This document shows, piece by piece, positions 8,716 through 16,867 of a stretch of 46,963 nucleotides of DNA (positions within the stretch are counted from its first letter, which is position 1; every line of letters starts with the position of its first letter). Made by a program: the position numbers and the translations under genes. Origin of the DNA: a virus. The stretch lies in IMG/VR virus record IMGVR_UViG_3300000944_000002, positions 1-46,963 of that record; one strand, given 5' to 3'. The notes under the pieces were generated by a model that searched no databases, was not told the origin of the DNA, and saw nothing but the letters and a program-made list of their open reading frames with translations.

Positions 8716-9237
8716 TTAACCTTTCTTTTTGCCTTTACCTTTACCTTTGCCTTTGCCCTTTTTGGCCTTGGCTTTTTTCTTAGATGCTGCACGCTTCTTG
8801 GCGGCAACCTTAGACGCTGAAGCCGCCGCGTTCTTCTTGTCCCTAGCTGCTATCTCTTCAGAGTCAGGTGCAGCTTCAGCAGCCTTGCCCATGTTCTGAC
8901 CAAGTATTGGTGCACCTTGATTCTGTTGGTTGCCGGTTGACACTGGCTTGGGTGCATTTTTAGCTGACACCTTTTTCTTTGACGCACGTTTCTTGCTTGA
9001 CTTCTTAGCTTGGCTTGAAACGTCTTTTGCTGCACTGATGTCGCCACCCGTGATTGACAATGTGCCGTTGTCAATTTGCTTTTTGAAACCGGGTTCTTTC
9101 TTTATAGCGTCATAGTCTTTCTTTGACACTTGATTGATGCCGCTTTGCAGCCGCACGGTTCTAATTTGTTTGCCTTCACGTGTGTTGATATAAATGACAC
9201 GGGGCACGTTGTTTGCAATGAGTTTGATGTCTGACAT
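8716..9237 (-). CDS. capsid-module protein with long lysine-rich low-complexity C-terminal tail
   Basis: 173-aa ORF downstream of the major capsid gene and its hairpin. It has a ~70-aa N-terminal domain followed by K/A/S-rich sequence ending KKAKAKKGKGKGKGKGKKKG. Confidence 0.75.
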   Translation of the reverse strand: MSDIKLIANNVPRVIYINTREGKQIRTVRLQSGINQVSKKDYDAIKKEPGFKKQIDNGTLSITGGDISAAKDVSSQAKKSSKKRASKKKVSAKNAPKPVSTGNQQNQGAPILGQNMGKAAEAAPDSEEIAARDKKNAAASASKVAAKKRAASKKKAKAKKGKGKGKGKGKKKG

Positions 9238-9271
9238 GGTTTCACCCTTGAGTTTTGAATTTTAATGATGA

Positions 9272-9291
9272 CGGCACCCCGTGAGGTGCCG
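9272..9291 (-). terminator. hairpin downstream of the major capsid gene (possible attenuating terminator / RNA stabiliser)
   Basis: A 7-bp GC-rich stem (cggcacc / ggtgccg) with a 6-nt loop, 42 nt after the capsid stop. The minus-strand tail (tcatcattaaaatt) is only weakly U-rich. Confidence 0.4.
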
Positions 9292-9332
9292 CCACTTACA
9301 ACGTTTACAATACTACGGTTTAGCTTTCGCTA

Positions 9333-10325
9333 TTAGATACCTAAGCCCTTTGAATAGGCTAGTGGGTACCGAACATCAAGACCGGCTGTTGACGCCAACA
9401 TAGGTGTCTTGTACGCGATGCCATCAGGCAATGTACCAACAGGTGTGTCTTTTTCAAATGGTATGTGCATTTCAGCAATTTCAGGATCATCTTCATACAC
9501 AAAGAAAACATCTTCACCATTTGGCCCGGCTTCAGACAACTCAGGTTGTGCACGAATTTGATCCATGCTTGCAATCCAAGGTGAGTTAGTCATCAGCCAA
9601 GTCATCAATGTGTCACTGTTCAGGTCATTGATTTGTGTGGTGGCCAGAAAGTTGTATTGCTTGATAGGCAATGACAAGATATTGGCACTATGCACACCGG
9701 CTGTTGCTACTTCAATGGTGCTGAAGGCATTATTGATGTCAAGCAAAATTTCCTGTGGGGTTTTGTTTTCCCACCGGGTACGGTCTGCAACAGCCACACC
9801 GCCCGGATTGGCAACAGAAACCGCAACAGTGCTTTCAGGAATGTTGGGGTTATTTAACAAACCAAACAGGCCCGCGTCAGTTGCCTCTTCATCAACACCA
9901 TACGCAATGTTGTTCAACTTCACTTCAATGGCACGGTTACAAGCTGCCGCCCGGCGGTCTGATAAAGGCACACCGGCTTGCGTTGCTTGTTGAAGTTCCA
10001 TCCAAGAAAAGTGAAAGCTTGCGCCTATCCAACGCACAGGAATGGTGACAAGACTCGCACCGGCTTGCGCTGATGGTAAGTCATCAGAGTAGTGGCCAAT
10101 AATTTTGGCGCTGCCTACCATATCCCACACAGTCATTTGAATGGCTGTGATACCTGCACCGCCTTCATTGTTGATGCGGAAATTGTCACGGTATTTGATT
10201 TGCTTATATTTGATTTCAAATAAGCGCGTCATCACAAGTGTCAACTGTTGGTTGAAGAACACAGAAGTTGACTGTGCCGCATCGCCCATGTTTACCATCT
10301 GTGACGCATGTATAAAAGTCTTCAT
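9333..10325 (-). CDS. major capsid protein (DUF2184-like, HK97 fold)
   Basis: 330-aa ORF in the canonical scaffold-decoration-capsid order, in a module with a DUF1073-type portal and a DUF2213-type scaffold. Confidence 0.8.
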   Translation of the reverse strand: MKTFIHASQMVNMGDAAQSTSVFFNQQLTLVMTRLFEIKYKQIKYRDNFRINNEGGAGITAIQMTVWDMVGSAKIIGHYSDDLPSAQAGASLVTIPVRWIGASFHFSWMELQQATQAGVPLSDRRAAACNRAIEVKLNNIAYGVDEEATDAGLFGLLNNPNIPESTVAVSVANPGGVAVADRTRWENKTPQEILLDINNAFSTIEVATAGVHSANILSLPIKQYNFLATTQINDLNSDTLMTWLMTNSPWIASMDQIRAQPELSEAGPNGEDVFFVYEDDPEIAEMHIPFEKDTPVGTLPDGIAYKTPMLASTAGLDVRYPLAYSKGLGI

Positions 10326-10390
10326 GCTGTTGTATTACCTTTGTGAATGTTTAAAGTTTAGGGTTTGGTTAAATGGTTAAGGGTTGCGGA

Positions 10391-10984
10391 TTAAGGCGCG
10401 GCTTCAGCGGCACCAGATAGTTGAACAACGGCCAGCTCACCAGCCAAGCTTGAAGTCACAAAGCGCGCGCCCATGATTTGTGTGGCGTTGCCACCATCGT
10501 CATCGTTGCGCAACATTCCAAGACATTCAGTTTGTGGCACAGCGGTTGCATCGGTCAGAGTGTGACGAAAGAAAACGGGATCACCTTTCTTGACAACGGT
10601 TTCGGCTATGACATAACCGCGCCCGGCTGTTGCAACTGAAGCTGTTTCAGTTTTTGCAAGGTAGCCCTTATCACCGTCACCAATTGGCTTGGCCAGTGCC
10701 TCACCTTCACAACGCGCGTTTGGTGCGTGGTACATGGTAATCCCTAAGAAACGGTTTTCAGCCGGGTCAGTTGGCAATACGGCGGGGTCAACTGTTTCAA
10801 GGTAGCCGTCATGGTCAGGCAAGCGCACTTGATTATCGTTTGTACCGCTAACGACTGCAACACCAAATGGGATTGAAGAACCTTCAACCGTTCGCCCATA
10901 GGCTTCAGTGTCACTGATGTCATACCATTGACCGGGAAACGCGCTGGCCATGTATTCATTGAACGTGGTTTGTAATGGGGGCAT
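10391..10984 (-). CDS. putative head decoration / cement protein
   Basis: 197-aa beta-rich ORF between the scaffold and major capsid genes. The call is position-based. Confidence 0.45.
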   Translation of the reverse strand: MPPLQTTFNEYMASAFPGQWYDISDTEAYGRTVEGSSIPFGVAVVSGTNDNQVRLPDHDGYLETVDPAVLPTDPAENRFLGITMYHAPNARCEGEALAKPIGDGDKGYLAKTETASVATAGRGYVIAETVVKKGDPVFFRHTLTDATAVPQTECLGMLRNDDDGGNATQIMGARFVTSSLAGELAVVQLSGAAEAAP

Positions 10985-11063
10985 TTTATAAATTCCTAAG
11001 TATTAAAAAGAGTGTTCTGTCAATAAAGTTTTTGTGATTGGTTATGTTGCGTTAACTTTTTAG

Positions 11064-12257
11064 TTAAGCGCTTGCAGGCTCTTTGCCAGTGCGGTATTTG
11101 TTACGCGCGGCTTCATAAGCATCATTGGCTTTTTTGGCAGCGTCACCCGCATCAGCGGTGTCACCGAAAACGGCACTGGTTGTTTCAGTGGTGTCTTCAG
11201 TTTGCTTGGTTGGTAGATCATCAAACAAGCCACGCTTGTAATCTTCTGACTTGCCTTCAGTTGGCTTTTCATTTTTCTCAAGTGCCAAGTCAATGATTGC
11301 TTGGTTGCTCATGTCACCAAACTTTGCAGCCGTCTTCTCATCAACAAGCTGTGTTGCCCGGCTGATAATTGCAGTGCGCTCAACAACACCTTCTTGAACC
11401 ATCTTGGCAATGTTTTCATCACTGAACTTGGTTGTGTGTGCATCAAGCTTGCCTTGCACTTTGTCACGCTCAGCTTCAGCAGCTTCGGCACGCTTGCGGC
11501 TGTCTTTCAATGCGGCTTTGATTTCACGTGCCGCGTCTGCTGGCACTTCAACAACGTTGTCATCACCTAGCACTACAGATTTCATTTTTACTTCAGGTTT
11601 CATTTCAGTCTCACTTTCAGAAGGGTTAAGGTTTAAAGCTTTACCGGCACAGCCGGAACAACAAAAAGAATCACGCAACTTTTTTGACGCCTTGAGGCTG
11701 TCACCGATTGCGCAATCCGGGCCGCACCGTCCGTGTTCAGTCAGTGCAATATGATTTGGTATTAGCTTGGTGATGCGTACATCATAGCGCTCACCATCAA
11801 CAACGCCTGACTCAACAACCAACGTGGATTTGTACCCAAGTGATAATTCACGTTTGCCGTTTTCAACGTCTAATACCATAGTCAGGTCGAAAATTGTTAA
11901 ACCGCCACCCACCGCACCGTTCACGTTGCGTTGATCTTTGAAAATGCCCCCCACTTCCATTGTGTCTTTCACGGTCACATCTTCGTGCGGGTGGTACCCG
12001 ATAAGCGGTAAAGATTCATACAGGCTCATGTCCTCAGTCAACACTTCAGCGTCACGCATCACACGCACGTGTTCCGGGTTGCCCAAGGTTTCAACCAGCG
12101 CTGAAGGCAGTTCCCACCAGTTATAAATGAGCACAGAAGGTTTGGCAACAATCACGCTGTCACAGACAATGAAGCCGTTGGCGTTCTTTCTGATGTTGTC
12201 TGAAATTTCAATTGCATCTGACAACGTTTGTTCAAATGTTTTCATGGTGTCTCTCAA
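11064..12257 (-). CDS. prohead scaffold/protease-like protein (DUF2213-like)
   Basis: 397-aa ORF. The N-terminal half is globular (LIPNHIALTEHGRCGPDCAI). The C-terminal half is charged and helical (KAALKDSRKRAEAAEAERDKVQGKLD...), typical of scaffolds. ATGA-type overlap with the upstream gene. Confidence 0.65.
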   Translation of the reverse strand: MRDTMKTFEQTLSDAIEISDNIRKNANGFIVCDSVIVAKPSVLIYNWWELPSALVETLGNPEHVRVMRDAEVLTEDMSLYESLPLIGYHPHEDVTVKDTMEVGGIFKDQRNVNGAVGGGLTIFDLTMVLDVENGKRELSLGYKSTLVVESGVVDGERYDVRITKLIPNHIALTEHGRCGPDCAIGDSLKASKKLRDSFCCSGCAGKALNLNPSESETEMKPEVKMKSVVLGDDNVVEVPADAAREIKAALKDSRKRAEAAEAERDKVQGKLDAHTTKFSDENIAKMVQEGVVERTAIISRATQLVDEKTAAKFGDMSNQAIIDLALEKNEKPTEGKSEDYKRGLFDDLPTKQTEDTTETTSAVFGDTADAGDAAKKANDAYEAARNKYRTGKEPASA

Positions 12258-13063
12258 TCAATTATCGGTATGGCGTTGCAACGGCAGCCATAATCTTCAC
12301 CCGGTCTGAACCCGGCGGTTTTGGCTGGACGTTCAGTCCAACTGTACACGTCACCGTGTGCGTCACGGTGTGCGTTCCTCACACGATCATCACGTCTGTC
12401 TTGCCAGCGGTAACGCTTGGCACCCAATGCACGTTGTCTGATGTTGTTCATGACAGCGTTTAGCTGGTGCGCTTGGTCTTTTACTTTGTTGACTATACGG
12501 CGCGATACAATAGCACGTGCGCGGCGTAACTGTTTACCTACTTTGAATCTTGGGTTGGCAAGTTTACGATTCAAAAGAGTCTGCACCCGTTCGCTGTACT
12601 CAGCGTTGACTTTGCCCAAGCTTGCCGCGTACTCACGGCGCAACTTGGTGGTGCGTCTTGCAAGCTGTTTGTTCTTGCTCTTGATAAGGCGCTCAGCTTC
12701 TTTGGCGTCAACATGATTTGCAAAGCTTCTGATGGTGCGTTGCCTGTTCTCACGATCAACCGTTTTGATGAATGAATCAAGTGCCTTGTTGCTTCGCTTG
12801 TTAGCTGCAACAAGGTTGCGTTGTAGTGATGCAATCTCATCTTGTATTGCACCAGCTTGAACACTGAAAGCGCTTGGATCATTTGCGTCAAGTGCGTCGA
12901 TACTTTTTAGCAAGCGCCTGACTTTCTTGTCAACTTGCTTCTTGTATTGCTGGTTTGACTTTTGCAACGCACGTCGATAGGTAGCCATCGCCTTGGTTGA
13001 CACCTTGACGGGTGGTACCGTTGTGACATTAGTGTCTTTTCTGTTGCGTCTTCTTGCGGCCAC
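12254..13063 (-). CDS. Mu F-like / SPP1 gp7-like minor head protein
   Basis: C-terminal signature DDRVRNAHRDAHGDVY...PGEDYGCRCNAIP (DxRVRxxH ... PG..xxCRC). GTG start at 13063. Confidence 0.8.
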   Translation of the reverse strand: MAARRRNRKDTNVTTVPPVKVSTKAMATYRRALQKSNQQYKKQVDKKVRRLLKSIDALDANDPSAFSVQAGAIQDEIASLQRNLVAANKRSNKALDSFIKTVDRENRQRTIRSFANHVDAKEAERLIKSKNKQLARRTTKLRREYAASLGKVNAEYSERVQTLLNRKLANPRFKVGKQLRRARAIVSRRIVNKVKDQAHQLNAVMNNIRQRALGAKRYRWQDRRDDRVRNAHRDAHGDVYSWTERPAKTAGFRPGEDYGCRCNAIPIID

Positions 13064-13189
13064 TTAGGTAAACGTTTTAGCCAGTAACCAAACAATACCA
13101 AACGCAAAACAAACTATACAACCAATAGCCAGCACTTGACGTGTTGTTGGTGAAAATGAGTTGAATCGTTTTTGTATTTTAGTCAGCAT
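13064..13189 (-). CDS. small single-pass membrane protein (41 aa)
   Basis: ATG at 13189 gives MLTKIQKRFNSFSPTTRQVLAIGCIVCFAFGIVWLLAKTFT. The TAA at 13064..13066 abuts the Mu-F-like start. This fills the portal/Mu-F gap. Only the last 41 codons of the 104-aa track ORF are kept. Confidence 0.45.
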   Translation of the reverse strand: MLTKIQKRFNSFSPTTRQVLAIGCIVCFAFGIVWLLAKTFT

Positions 13190-14636
13190 TAGGGTCGCCT
13201 TTTGGATCAAGGGTTGCGTCAAGGTCAAGTGTATTGCCAGGGTCAAGTGTGCCATCAAGATCAAGCGTACCATCAAGGTCATCATCATCATCTTCTTCTT
13301 TGGCTTCAATCTCTTCAAGTTCCTTGATGTACTCATCAGGTATTTCAAGCGATGTGTTTTCATTGATAGCGCGTACAACTATTGATTCAGGCACAAACTG
13401 TGAAACCGCAGTGATCCATTCAGTATTGGTCTTGTTCAGGTCAGCGGTTTCTTTGTCAGTTTTAATTTCAGGGCTGTTGATTGTGAAGCGCATGTTGTCA
13501 ACGTTGCCAAACACATGCAGTTGCATAATGCTGTCAAGACTCTTGTACAACGGCTGAGCGCATCGTCTAGCTAGTGGCCCCAATGACTCCCAATAGTTGC
13601 GTATATCGTGTTCACCAGTTGAGTTCAGGCCACCTGGTGATATGCCAAGCAATCGTGTCAATGGTATGTAGTACGCACCACTCACGGCGGTCAACTGTTC
13701 TTGCAGCACTGCCGGTATACCTGTGAAGTCATATTTGAGCCTATCAAGCTTTTCATTGTTGTCAATGACAGTTGTATGGTGCTGGCTCTTGTGTCGTGTC
13801 ATAAGCAACACACGGTTCAGTATGGCTTGTTCAACTTCACCCAATGCGTTGGCATCACCACCGCACGCAAGAAGTGATTCATAAAGGTTTTCTACACTCA
13901 GCACATCGTTGGCCGATGCCATAAGCAATGACGCACTGGCTTCAAGTGCCGCTGTTGCATTCACAATTTCATTGCGGCCATGTTTGTAAATGCTGGAACC
14001 CCAAAAAGATGAAATACCCATTGCATCAAATGTCTGTGAATCAATCGCACCACTGTTGCGTGTGCCTTTGCAGATAAACATGTTGCTGATGTGAATGCTC
14101 TTGCCGTTGTAGTTCATAAAGTTAGGCATTCTGAACGTGTCACTTGTGATGTCACGATCATAGAAGTTGCTGTCAACTGTCAGTTCTGTTGCAGCTAAAA
14201 CAATAAACCGAACAAGTTTACCGTTGGTGAAATTCTGAGCGTTGAACGGTCTGTTGAGCTGTATGGTTGAACTGATTGGGATGACAACAGAACCACCAAA
14301 CACGCGGGCAATTTTCAAAGCCTCATCCATGACCTCATCAAGATCAAATTCCGCCCACGCATCGTTGTAGTCAGTAACTTTCTCAGCGTCCATGTCAATG
14401 AACGTGCGTCCGTTCTTGAGCATGTCTTCAACAGGTATGTCAACGACCTTCTTGCCAAGCCAAGTGTGCTCATACAGGCGCACAGCTTCAAGACGGTCAA
14501 CAGTGGTGGGCGTGATTTGATTGGCCGCACCCGGATCATTAGCACCGCCGTGCCCGGTCAGGCTGTTGTACGTTGAATCTTTGAAAGCCGCCGTGAAGGT
14601 TGCTTGTGTTGTTTGTTCAGCCACCGTCACCACCAA
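13179..14636 (-). CDS. portal protein (DUF1073-like)
   Basis: 485-aa ORF in the head module downstream of terL (three small/medium ORFs intervene) and upstream of the Mu-F-like gene. N-terminal NSLTGHGGANDPG pattern. The start is non-ATG (TTG 14636 or GTG just downstream), so the start is uncertain. Acidic repetitive C-terminus. Confidence 0.8.
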   Translation of the reverse strand: MVVTVAEQTTQATFTAAFKDSTYNSLTGHGGANDPGAANQITPTTVDRLEAVRLYEHTWLGKKVVDIPVEDMLKNGRTFIDMDAEKVTDYNDAWAEFDLDEVMDEALKIARVFGGSVVIPISSTIQLNRPFNAQNFTNGKLVRFIVLAATELTVDSNFYDRDITSDTFRMPNFMNYNGKSIHISNMFICKGTRNSGAIDSQTFDAMGISSFWGSSIYKHGRNEIVNATAALEASASLLMASANDVLSVENLYESLLACGGDANALGEVEQAILNRVLLMTRHKSQHHTTVIDNNEKLDRLKYDFTGIPAVLQEQLTAVSGAYYIPLTRLLGISPGGLNSTGEHDIRNYWESLGPLARRCAQPLYKSLDSIMQLHVFGNVDNMRFTINSPEIKTDKETADLNKTNTEWITAVSQFVPESIVVRAINENTSLEIPDEYIKELEEIEAKEEDDDDDLDGTLDLDGTLDPGNTLDLDATLDPKGDPNAD

Positions 14637-14970
14637 TCCGATTTTGTTTCATTAGTAAGGTACGCACACCTTCAAGTGATACGTGCACACGCTTCAGGTT
14701 CTCACTTGTGTTTTGTATATGCGCCTGCATAGCGGAACGATCAGCCTCAAGTGAAGTGACGCGTTGTTCAACCAAGGCAATCAGTTTTGCGTTGTTGTCA
14801 GCGGTTTGTTCAACGCTGTCAACTTTGTTGTAGGTAATTCCAGCCAAAAAAACCAGAATTGCAAGGTTGACGATAATGGGCCAATGCCTTTGCACAATGT
14901 TCATTGCGTTTTCATTTATCCTGTCAATAAAATCACGGGGTTCTTCATCACGCGCACGCCTGAGTTTCAT
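14617..14970 (-). CDS. membrane-anchored coiled-coil protein, function unknown
   Basis: 117-aa ORF with a strong GGAG Shine-Dalgarno 6 nt upstream of the ATG at 14970. One TM segment (WPIIVNLAILVFLAGITY) followed by heptad-like sequence. Confidence 0.65.
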   Translation of the reverse strand: MKLRRARDEEPRDFIDRINENAMNIVQRHWPIIVNLAILVFLAGITYNKVDSVEQTADNNAKLIALVEQRVTSLEADRSAMQAHIQNTSENLKRVHVSLEGVRTLLMKQNRIGGDGG

Positions 14971-15011
14971 AACCTACTCCCACAACATGATTGTGAAAAA
15001 GTTGCAAGTCA

Positions 15012-15560
15012 TCACTTGCTTTCGTCTAACTCTTCAACAAGGTCTTCAGCCTGCACAGCAAGTGGGTCTTCAAGGTTTAAAACTTCAGCCTCTTCAACCT
15101 CTTCAGGCTCAACCAAACCCAAAGCCACGGCAATGCTTTGCACTTCATCACCAAGCCACTGTTGTATTGCAGGATTATCACCTGCAAGTTGCATGAGCTG
15201 TTCATTAGCCTGTGCAAATAGACCTTGGCCAGCTTGCACAATGCTTTCATCAGGGGTTGCTTCAATTTGCGCTGTCAGTGTCTTGTGCATGTTACTGATG
15301 CCGATGCGGCCCATGACATACGCGTGATTGGCGTCAATTATCCCTTGCGCCCATTCACCCACTTCAGGAATGTTTTGGCTTTCCGCGTAACCCATTGCCA
15401 GTTGCAAGTCATAGTCGGACGCTATGCCCCGCACAATGGCTTTGGCAACGTCCAAACGATCATTGTGTGCGTCAATGTCAAAGTCTAAGTATGACCCCTT
15501 GTGCTTGTCGTACAGTGACACTAACAGGTCAGTAATCGTGCTTATAAACTTCTGTTTCAT
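15012..15560 (-). CDS. acidic hypothetical protein
   Basis: The ATG at 15560 forms an ATGA overlap with the upstream stop (15557..15559). I trimmed the 26 N-terminal codons of the 208-aa track ORF. The C-terminus is very acidic (EPEEVEEAEVLNLEDPLAVQAEDLVEELDESK). Confidence 0.65.
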   Translation of the reverse strand: MKQKFISTITDLLVSLYDKHKGSYLDFDIDAHNDRLDVAKAIVRGIASDYDLQLAMGYAESQNIPEVGEWAQGIIDANHAYVMGRIGISNMHKTLTAQIEATPDESIVQAGQGLFAQANEQLMQLAGDNPAIQQWLGDEVQSIAVALGLVEPEEVEEAEVLNLEDPLAVQAEDLVEELDESK

Positions 15561-16864
15561 CGTATGCGCTCCACTTCTATAAATGAGGTACCAGTGAACG
15601 GCATTCGCACAACACCTGCACCGTTGGCCGCTTCCCAAGACATGACGGCAATCGTGTCACCCGCGTTCAAGTTTATGGTTTGCGGAGTTAAGTGCAAGCT
15701 GGATTCACTGTGCCCGTTTTCGTTGCGTATGTATGCTGATGCGGCTTGAGAACCCCTGAAATTGCCGTTGATTAACAACATAGCATTTGGGGCTTGCCGT
15801 AATGTGTTACCCAACAGCGTCATCATTGCGCTAATTCTATAGCGGCCAGTGTTGGTTACGGTCAAAGTATCACTGTTGGCCACACTGTACCCACCATCAT
15901 TGATTTCAACATTGCCCATAAGTGGCACCTTGAAATTATCGTTGAAAGGTCTGTTTAGATCAGCGGTTGTATTGGCATTCACCAAACGAATCATTTGCCC
16001 TGAACTTGGCAAAAGCTTATTGAGGATAGTGAACCACGGGCCAGTGTTTCTGATTGCGGTGATGACTGTGCCGGGTGGTATAACCAAAGGGACAATTGAA
16101 GGGAACTGCTGTGTGCCATCTAAGAAGCCACCTTCACTGTTTTGAACAAGCATGTTTTCGCTGGTGCTCAGGTTAATGAAGGTAATCTGTTCACCGGGTT
16201 CAAAGTCTGCAACGTCGATTGACAGTGTGGTGCCTGCCGGGGCTGAGTCAAGCATCCGATACACTGAGCGGTGCGCGTTGTCGGCATCAGTGTTTTCATC
16301 AAAGTCAACAAATTCAAGAATGTTACTTGCAAGACCAATCGCCACATCTTGTTCATCTTGATCCTGTTGCAATGCGGCGATTGCATCATTTTGTGGTTGT
16401 GGATCATGTGACACTTGCTGAAGGTCACCGATTACATTGGCTTGGTCAGATACAGACTGTTCAAGTGCGGTGATTGCTTGGTCTTGTGCAACACCATCAT
16501 GTGCACTGTCTTGAAGTGCCGTCAGTGTGCTTTGCAGTGAGGTAACTGATACCTGCAACTGCTGCAACGTTGACATGTTCTGTTGAACACCATCAGCCAA
16601 TGCGGTGTCATCATCAGGCAACATCTGTTCAACAGCATCAAGACGCAACTGAACAGCATCAAGCATTGCCTGAATGTCAGCCAGTGATTCGTTGCTTGTC
16701 GTATCACCGCCGCCTATACCTGAAGGCGCAACACTTGCAACAGGGAACTTGGGCAACCCTGTCACCGGGTCAATCAAGAAGTTTTCTTGCGGGTTGGGGT
16801 TGTTGTTTGGATTGGCCGGGCTTACCGGCACATCATTGTTTATTGGGTCTAAATGTGGGGCCAT
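15557..16864 (-). CDS. fibre-like protein: coiled-coil stalk + C-terminal C1q/TNF-like jelly-roll domain
   Basis: 435-aa ORF. Residues ~55-170 are Q/L/D-rich heptads. The C-terminal ~130 aa read NDGGYSV..TGRYRISAMMTL...LLINGN...LHLTPQTINLNAGDTIAVMS...GTSFIEVERI, matching the N.G..Y...TG.Y.f....L..NG....L.L..GD.v...F.g.. pattern of C1q/BclA-type domains. Confidence 0.6.
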   Translation of the reverse strand: MAPHLDPINNDVPVSPANPNNNPNPQENFLIDPVTGLPKFPVASVAPSGIGGGDTTSNESLADIQAMLDAVQLRLDAVEQMLPDDDTALADGVQQNMSTLQQLQVSVTSLQSTLTALQDSAHDGVAQDQAITALEQSVSDQANVIGDLQQVSHDPQPQNDAIAALQQDQDEQDVAIGLASNILEFVDFDENTDADNAHRSVYRMLDSAPAGTTLSIDVADFEPGEQITFINLSTSENMLVQNSEGGFLDGTQQFPSIVPLVIPPGTVITAIRNTGPWFTILNKLLPSSGQMIRLVNANTTADLNRPFNDNFKVPLMGNVEINDGGYSVANSDTLTVTNTGRYRISAMMTLLGNTLRQAPNAMLLINGNFRGSQAASAYIRNENGHSESSLHLTPQTINLNAGDTIAVMSWEAANGAGVVRMPFTGTSFIEVERIR

Positions 16865-16867
16865 TGT

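Noticed and set aside
13064-13378. 104-aa minus-strand ORF overlapping the 3' end of the portal gene
   Set aside because: The upstream 63 codons are an out-of-frame reading of the portal's acidic repeat region. Only the last 41 codons (ATG at 13189) were kept, as a possible small membrane protein.
15561-15638. N-terminal 26-codon extension of ORF 15012..15638 (Cys/Arg-rich)
   Set aside because: It overlaps the 3' end of the fibre gene. The ATG at 15560 gives a classic ATGA stop-start coupling.
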